A stretch of 64,000 bases of DNA from an uncultured virus (IMG/VR IMGVR_UViG_3300023703_000810) (Duplodnaviria; Heunggongvirae; Uroviricota; Caudoviricetes). A model generated the notes under the pieces. It saw only the letters and a list, made by a program, of their open reading frames with translations. It was not told the DNA's origin and did no database searches. Shown here piece by piece: positions 59,381 to 64,000 of the stretch (its first letter is position 1; every line of letters starts with the position of its first letter). The stretch lies in the IMG/VR virus record IMGVR_UViG_3300023703_000810, one strand, 5' to 3'. Made by a program: the position numbers and the translations under genes.

Positions 59381-59761
59381 ATGAGTCTGTGGTCTTGGGA
59401 AAAGAAAGAGGATGACCAGTCCTATAAACTGGCTACTGAAAATGTTGCGCTTCAGCAGAAGATTAATCTGCTCGAAAATAAGTTAGCTGCATACGAGAGT
59501 CGTCTTGAAGGTGAGTATGCATCTGCTAGTTATTCTCTTGACTGGGCTACAATGAATGCATTTTCTATCGAGCGCAACAAATGTATGGATGGTACTCAGA
59601 ATCATAAAACAATTATCGGTTATATGATGGCAGAGCCTGTAACAACTATCGAAGACAATGTCACATACAAAGATGTTGTTCGTGAATGGACTCTGTACTG
59701 CTCACATCAAGAACACGAGCGTCTTGTTGCTGAGTTCAATGAGTACAAAAAAACAAAATAA
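59381..59761 (+). CDS. Hypothetical protein
   Basis: AAGGA RBS; N-terminal coiled coil. Confidence 0.6.
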   Translation: MSLWSWEKKEDDQSYKLATENVALQQKINLLENKLAAYESRLEGEYASASYSLDWATMNAFSIERNKCMDGTQNHKTIIGYMMAEPVTTIEDNVTYKDVVREWTLYCSHQEHERLVAEFNEYKKTK

Positions 59762-59763
59762 AT

Positions 59764-59792
59764 TTGGCTAAATGAGCCTCTTGACGTATAAT
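59764..59792 (+). promoter_or_regulatory. Sigma70-like promoter for gp45 (TTGGCT-17-TATAAT)
   Basis: Perfect -10 box with a 17-nt spacer. Confidence 0.6.
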
Positions 59793-59827
59793 CTTTTATA
59801 CATAGTATATTATCACTTGGAGAAAAT

Positions 59828-60484
59828 ATGAAATTATCTAAAGAAACAACTGCCCTGATTAAAAACTTTGCTAGCATCAATAGCAATTTGCTTTTGAAGT
59901 CAGGTAACAAGTTGGCTACCATCTCTGCACAGAAGAACGTAATGGCTGACGCCACTGTGTCTGAGACTTTCCCAGACTTCGGCATCTATGACTTGAATGA
60001 GTTCTTGGGTGCGATGTCTCTGTTCGAAGATCCAGAGTTGGACTTTAGCGAGAAGTATGTTACCATCAAACAAGGTAATATGAGCATCAAGTATTTCGCT
60101 GCAGACGCAAGCGTATTGACTGCTCCACAAAAGTCTATCACATTCCCAGAAGCTGAGATTGAGTTCACAGTTACTGCTGCGATGTTGAATATGATTCATC
60201 GCACTGCGTCTGTCCTTCGTGCATCTGACGTTTCTATCGTCGGTGATGGTTCAACAATTACTGCAGTTGTTGGTGACAAGAAGAATGCCACTGGTAACTC
60301 TTTCAGCGAGCCAGTCGGTACAACTGACAAGACTTTCAAAGTGAACTTGAAAGTAGAAAACCTGAAGATGATTCCAGGTGACTACACTGTTAGCATCTCA
60401 AGCAAGAAGATCTCTCGCTTTAAGGGTAACGGCGACTTGGTCTATTACGTTGCGGTTGAAGCTGACTCTACATTTGAGTTCTGA
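59828..60484 (+). CDS. gp45: Sliding clamp gp45
   Basis: MKLSKET..KNFASIN; FGIYDLNEFL; ENLKMIPGDY; YYVAVE. Confidence 0.95.
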   Translation: MKLSKETTALIKNFASINSNLLLKSGNKLATISAQKNVMADATVSETFPDFGIYDLNEFLGAMSLFEDPELDFSEKYVTIKQGNMSIKYFAADASVLTAPQKSITFPEAEIEFTVTAAMLNMIHRTASVLRASDVSIVGDGSTITAVVGDKKNATGNSFSEPVGTTDKTFKVNLKVENLKMIPGDYTVSISSKKISRFKGNGDLVYYVAVEADSTFEF

Positions 60485-60525
60485 TTGAAGAGGGAGTAAT
60501 CCCTCTTATTTGTTATGGAGTTGTG

Positions 60526-60816
60526 ATGAATAAACGTAAGAATCATATTGCTCGGGTCGACAGAAAAGTTTTACCTAAAGATGAGATCTACACTACTGAC
60601 TTGTGGGGTAATCGTCAGGTTAAAATGAAGTGGTGTAAGCATCATAAAAAGTATGAAGACCCGCGATTGTTTTTTGCTGAAAGTGCTTCTAAGAGCAGAC
60701 ACAAATACCAACTACGTAATATGTGTATTGAGGCTTGGGAATTGACTAATGGTAAGATAAATTTCAAACCAGATGACGATAACTCTGTGCCATTATTTTT
60801 GTTTATGAAAGATTGA
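60526..60816 (+). CDS. Hypothetical protein with Cys/His motif
   Basis: GGAG RBS; KWCKHHK..F..RNMCIE; inserted between gp45 and gp44. Confidence 0.55.
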   Translation: MNKRKNHIARVDRKVLPKDEIYTTDLWGNRQVKMKWCKHHKKYEDPRLFFAESASKSRHKYQLRNMCIEAWELTNGKINFKPDDDNSVPLFLFMKD

Positions 60817-60818
60817 TT

Positions 60819-61772
60819 ATGATTGACTCCCGTGAAGAACAGTTTCTGTGGGTAGAGAAATACCGTCCACAAACGATCGATGAGTGTGTCCTGCCAGATG
60901 CACTTAAGAAGACGTTTAAAGAGTACATTGCTCAGGGCGAGCTACCCACTTTTTTATTCTCTGGTACTGCTGGTGTAGGTAAGACTACTGTAGCAAAGGC
61001 TCTCTGTAACGAGATCGGTGCTGAGTATATTATGGTAAACGGATCCGAGGAAGGTCGTTCAATCGACGTTCTTCGTACCACTATCAAAGGTTTTGCTACG
61101 ACTGTTTCATTGACAGACGCTAAGAAGATTATCATTATCGACGAAGCTGATTATATGAATGCTCAGTCGGTTCAACCTGCGCTACGTTCGTTCATTGAAG
61201 AATACAGTAACAACTGTCGCTTCATCTTTACTTGTAACTACAAGAACAAGATTATCGAACCTCTCCACTCTCGTTGTGCAGTTATCGACTTTAAAATCGA
61301 CAACAAAGACAAACAGCAACTGGCTGGTACATTCTTTAAACGTGCTACTCAGATTCTGAAACAAGAGGGTGTTGAATTCGATCCAAAGGTAGTGGCTGAA
61401 TTGGTCACTAAATACTTTCCAGATTATCGTCGTATGTTGAATGAACTTCAACGTTACTCTGTTTCTGGTAAGATTGATTCAGGCATTCTCCTGAACCTCA
61501 ACGAAGAATCCTATAAAGACTTGGTAAAGAATCTCAAAGAGAAAGACTACGCCAACGTCCGTAAGTGGGTTGCTAAGAACTCAGATGCTGATACAGTTTC
61601 ATTGTTCCGCGAATTGTACGATACTTCTGCTTCGACGATGGAAGCTGGTTCAATTCCTTCATTGGTTTTGATCCTAGCTGACTATCAATACAAAGCTGCA
61701 TTCGTCGCTGACCATGAGTTGAACATTATGGCTGCGCTGACTGAGATTATGATGCAATGTAAATTCAAGTGA
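60819..61772 (+). CDS. gp44: Clamp loader large subunit gp44
   Basis: LWVEKYRP, GVGKTT, IIDEAD, PLHSRC. Confidence 0.96.
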   Translation: MIDSREEQFLWVEKYRPQTIDECVLPDALKKTFKEYIAQGELPTFLFSGTAGVGKTTVAKALCNEIGAEYIMVNGSEEGRSIDVLRTTIKGFATTVSLTDAKKIIIIDEADYMNAQSVQPALRSFIEEYSNNCRFIFTCNYKNKIIEPLHSRCAVIDFKIDNKDKQQLAGTFFKRATQILKQEGVEFDPKVVAELVTKYFPDYRRMLNELQRYSVSGKIDSGILLNLNEESYKDLVKNLKEKDYANVRKWVAKNSDADTVSLFRELYDTSASTMEAGSIPSLVLILADYQYKAAFVADHELNIMAALTEIMMQCKFK

Positions 61773-61779
61773 GGTTGAT

Positions 61780-62103
61780 ATGGAAGATTTTTTGTCTATC
61801 TTTGGCGTTTTCGCATTAGGCTTTATTCTGGGTTGGGTTCTCCGCGAGGAGTTAGCCAAGCGTCGAGTTGATTACATAATGAAACAACTCGACCAAGACC
61901 TTGGAGAAATCGAGGACGAGCTAATCAATATCAAGATCGAACAACATAGTGGTCAATACTATGTCTTCAATAAAGAGACCGATGAGTTTATGGCTCAGGC
62001 TCCAACTCGTAAAGAGTTAGAAGACTCTCTGGCATCTCGTTTTCCAGATACAAGATTCGCTGCTACTCCAGAGAATCTGAAGGAAGTTGGGTTTGCTAAA
62101 TGA
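61780..62103 (+). CDS. Hypothetical membrane-anchored protein
   Basis: N-terminal hydrophobic helix FLSIFGVFALGFILGWVL; GAGG RBS. Confidence 0.65.
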   Translation: MEDFLSIFGVFALGFILGWVLREELAKRRVDYIMKQLDQDLGEIEDELINIKIEQHSGQYYVFNKETDEFMAQAPTRKELEDSLASRFPDTRFAATPENLKEVGFAK

Positions 62104-62489
62104 GCCCATTCGACTATGTGAAAGCCATCAACGAAACCAAAGTTGATTTACTAGCAGGAGATCCAGAAGCAGTTAAAGACTATAACAAGGTGAAGTTTAT
62201 TGTGAACCGAGCCTTGGGATATTTCCCCGATACAGTTATGCAGGCAAACTCGATGAACCAACATCACCAATGCCCACCTGACTGGCAATTTTCTTTTTTC
62301 CTAAATACTATTTCGAAGAAGCGTCGTTTCAGTAAATGGGCAAAAGCCGACGCTGAGTCTGCTTCTTTAGAACTCGTAAAAGAGTACTATGGGTATTCAA
62401 GCGAAAAGGCGAAAGAGGCACTGAGTGTCCTTTCCGATGAACACTTGATTATGATAAAAGAAAAATTATACAAAGGTGGAAAATCATGA
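62100..62489 (+). CDS. gp62: Clamp loader small subunit gp62
   Basis: PFDYVKAIN; FIVNRAL..FPDT; KRRFSKW; VKEYYGYS.EKA. Confidence 0.92.
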   Translation: MSPFDYVKAINETKVDLLAGDPEAVKDYNKVKFIVNRALGYFPDTVMQANSMNQHHQCPPDWQFSFFLNTISKKRRFSKWAKADAESASLELVKEYYGYSSEKAKEALSVLSDEHLIMIKEKLYKGGKS

Positions 62490-62905
62490 CTGTTGAAGTG
62501 ATTTATTACGACTGGACTCCTGAGTCCATGCTCGAGGTGACGTTGCCTGAACCAGATGCATTTCTGAAGGTTCGTGAAACTCTAACCCGTATCGGGATTG
62601 CCTCAAGAAAAGAACAAAAGCTATACCAATCTTGCCATATCTTACATAAGCAAGGTCGGTACTTCATCGTGCACTTCAAGGAATTGTTTGCGCTCGATGG
62701 TAAAGAATCGAATATCACTGCAGGTGATATCGAGAGACGTAACGCAATTGCTAGTTTGTTACAGGACTGGGATCTGTTAAAGATCCTAAATACTACGCAA
62801 GCTGATCAAAAGGCTTCGCTATCTCAAATTAAGGTGGTCTCTTATAAAGAAAAAGACCAGTGGGAATTAGTACCCAAGTACAATATCGGTAAGAAAGCTA
62901 AGTGA
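62486..62905 (+). CDS. regA: Translational repressor RegA
   Basis: FLKVRETLTRIGIAS..LYQSCHILHKQGRYFIVHFKELFALDG; WELVPKYNIG. Confidence 0.97.
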   Translation: MTVEVIYYDWTPESMLEVTLPEPDAFLKVRETLTRIGIASRKEQKLYQSCHILHKQGRYFIVHFKELFALDGKESNITAGDIERRNAIASLLQDWDLLKILNTTQADQKASLSQIKVVSYKEKDQWELVPKYNIGKKAK

Positions 62906-63469
62906 TTAGTGCTTCGCCTTTATGTGTCTAGTTAAATTACCTAGATTCATAAAGATACCGCAATGGGGGCATGGAGATTTTTGACAATTCAGTTTAGCAA
63001 AAACGCCATGCTCTTTGTTTTTATGACTAATAGTTTGTTTTGATTCATTAGACATTTTAACTTTACGAGAAATTTTGGTTCTACCAAGAACCCATCCTTC
63101 TGGTATCGGTGAGTTGAATTTAACTCTTTTGTGATTTTTACCGTCATTTATCCAAACAGTTTCGGTATTAACACCAAGGACTCCTGCTCCACCTTTCGTG
63201 GTATTATAGCCAGAATTGATGGAATCAAATTCCTCTATAAAGAACTGCTCCATTGCATTAAGACAGTGCTCTTTATCGGTAGAAACATAAATCTCTTCCC
63301 ATAGAAAAGCACCCCAGCCATATTTTCGTATAGCTGTGTATAGTTTCTTTGGGGAATTTGGATAGAGTGCTTTATGACGAAGTACTCTTTGATGGAAGTT
63401 GGTTGCGAAACCAACATAAACTTTCTTTGTTATTTTGTTGGTAGCGGTATAGATTGAATAAATACTCAT
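62906..63469 (-). CDS. Free-standing GIY-YIG (Seg-like) homing endonuclease
   Basis: SIY..N...KVYVG, R, E, GYN.TKGG catalytic domain; WINDG..PEGW..GR; NUMOD3-like segment; CPHC..H..H; ATG at 63469 with AGGAG RBS. Confidence 0.88.
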   Translation of the reverse strand: MSIYSIYTATNKITKKVYVGFATNFHQRVLRHKALYPNSPKKLYTAIRKYGWGAFLWEEIYVSTDKEHCLNAMEQFFIEEFDSINSGYNTTKGGAGVLGVNTETVWINDGKNHKRVKFNSPIPEGWVLGRTKISRKVKMSNESKQTISHKNKEHGVFAKLNCQKSPCPHCGIFMNLGNLTRHIKAKH

Positions 63470-63529
63470 GCTGGTTCTCCTAAGTAGATCTAGAATGGGT
63501 AGAGACGGCAATCTCGTGACCCATACCAA

Positions 63530-63537
63530 TATTTATA
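63530..63537 (-). promoter_or_regulatory. Late promoter TATAAATA for the endonuclease
   Basis: Plus-strand TATTTATA, ~60 nt upstream of the endonuclease ATG. Confidence 0.75.
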
Positions 63538-63541
63538 ACAT

Positions 63542-63580
63542 TGGGAATTTCACTATAACATAGGAAAGAAAACAAAATGA
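63542..63580 (+). pseudogene. regA: Second, remnant copy of the regA 3' end (WEFHYNIGKKTK*)
   Basis: In-frame translation matches the regA terminus WELVPKYNIGKKAK*. Confidence 0.75.
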
Positions 63581-63756
63581 TTAAACTTGAATTGACTATT
63601 GCAGAAGTAAATACTATTCTTCGTACACTTGGTAAACACCCATTCGATGAGGTTGTAGCTTTGATCGGTAAGATTAAAGAACAGGGCGACCCACAAGCAC
63701 AAGCATTAGAAGCAGAAGCACAAGCTGCTGCAAAAGCTGCCCAAACAGCAGCGTAA
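63577..63756 (+). CDS. Small hypothetical protein (59 aa, not in ORF track)
   Basis: MIKLELTIAEVNTILRTLGKHPFDEVVALIGKIKEQG...; AGGA RBS. Confidence 0.75.
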   Translation: MIKLELTIAEVNTILRTLGKHPFDEVVALIGKIKEQGDPQAQALEAEAQAAAKAAQTAA

Positions 63757-63885
63757 AGAACCCACCTTAGGGCTGTTGTCGTCTACGGTATAGGCGTCCG
63801 AGAGATTTCACTGGCATTCGTTAATTGCCGCTGGATAAAGTAACCAGCACTGTCTTGCTTTCGAGGAGACAATTTTTATCACTTA

Positions 63886-63900
63886 CTCGCTTAATAGGAG
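63886..63900 (+). promoter_or_regulatory. ROSE-like RNA thermometer hairpin over the hsp20 RBS
   Basis: CUCGCU-UAAU-AGGAG with a bulged G; matches the ROSE U(U/C)GCU/AGGA signature. Confidence 0.65.
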
Positions 63901-63908
63901 AAACTCAA

Positions 63909-64000
63909 ATGACGAAATCATTCGTACCTGCATTCTTTAGCCAAGACCTTTTCAAAGACTTCGACAAAGTGTTTGTCGGTTTCGATGACCAATTCAAACG
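63909..64000 (+). CDS. Small heat-shock protein Hsp20/IbpA-like (5' part, truncated by window end)
   Basis: MTKSFVPAFFSQDLFKDFDKVFVGFDDQFK; the VGFD N-terminal motif and the position after regA fit T4-like hsp20. Confidence 0.7.
   Translation, partial: MTKSFVPAFFSQDLFKDFDKVFVGFDDQFK

Noticed and set aside
446..62780. Many short minus-strand and off-frame ORFs in the track (e.g. 4528-5076, 25005-25394, 53081-53479)
   Set aside because: They lie within well-supported genes, carry no recognisable motifs and are best explained as codon-bias shadows.
63470..63529. 20-aa N-terminal extension of the endonuclease in the ORF track
   Set aside because: That region holds the leader hairpin and the AGGAG RBS, so the ATG at 63469 is the better start.
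62906..63540. Group I intron housing the GIY-YIG gene
   Set aside because: The ORF is antisense, only ~70 nt of non-coding flank exists, and regA is already complete without splicing.
63761..63800. Pistol ribozyme, suggested by TTAGGGC
   Set aside because: The complementary GCCCTAA pseudoknot partner and the flanking P1 stem are absent nearby.
1..64000. tRNA genes or stop-codon reassignment
   Set aside because: I saw no cloverleaf in the intergenic gaps, and conserved genes are full length in the standard code.

Overview
A 64-kb segment of a T4-like (T4-superfamily, non-Tevenvirinae-type) myophage genome, read in the standard code and almost all on the + strand. Gene order: baseplate (gp48, gp53, hub, gp5, PAAR, gp25, gp6, gp7/gp8-like, a 2078-aa structural protein); two tail-fibre clusters, each with an S74-type chaperone fibre, separated by an AT-rich four-enzyme glycosyltransferase/oxygenase cassette; neck, packaging, tail and head genes (gp13-15, gp17-23, gp3); then uvsY, uvsW, gp55, an AAA ATPase, gp47/46, a sigma70-driven cluster (vWA-peptidase, MoxR/CobS ATPase, HTH, DUF5664), gp45/44/62, regA, a reverse-strand GIY-YIG endonuclease and the 5' end of an hsp20 gene. 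Main observations: (1) the endonuclease cassette lies between two synonymously recoded copies of the regA 3' end, which suggests it inserted into regA and supplied a replacement C-terminus; (2) the hsp20 leader has a ROSE-type thermometer hairpin plus extra structure; (3) the fibre-linked enzyme cassette may modify the virion; (4) gp5 carries both GH19 and M15 hydrolase domains; (5) a palindrome recurs upstream of three sigma70 promoters; (6) there is no gp16 between gp15 and gp17. All calls come from motif recognition and synteny; no database searches were run.
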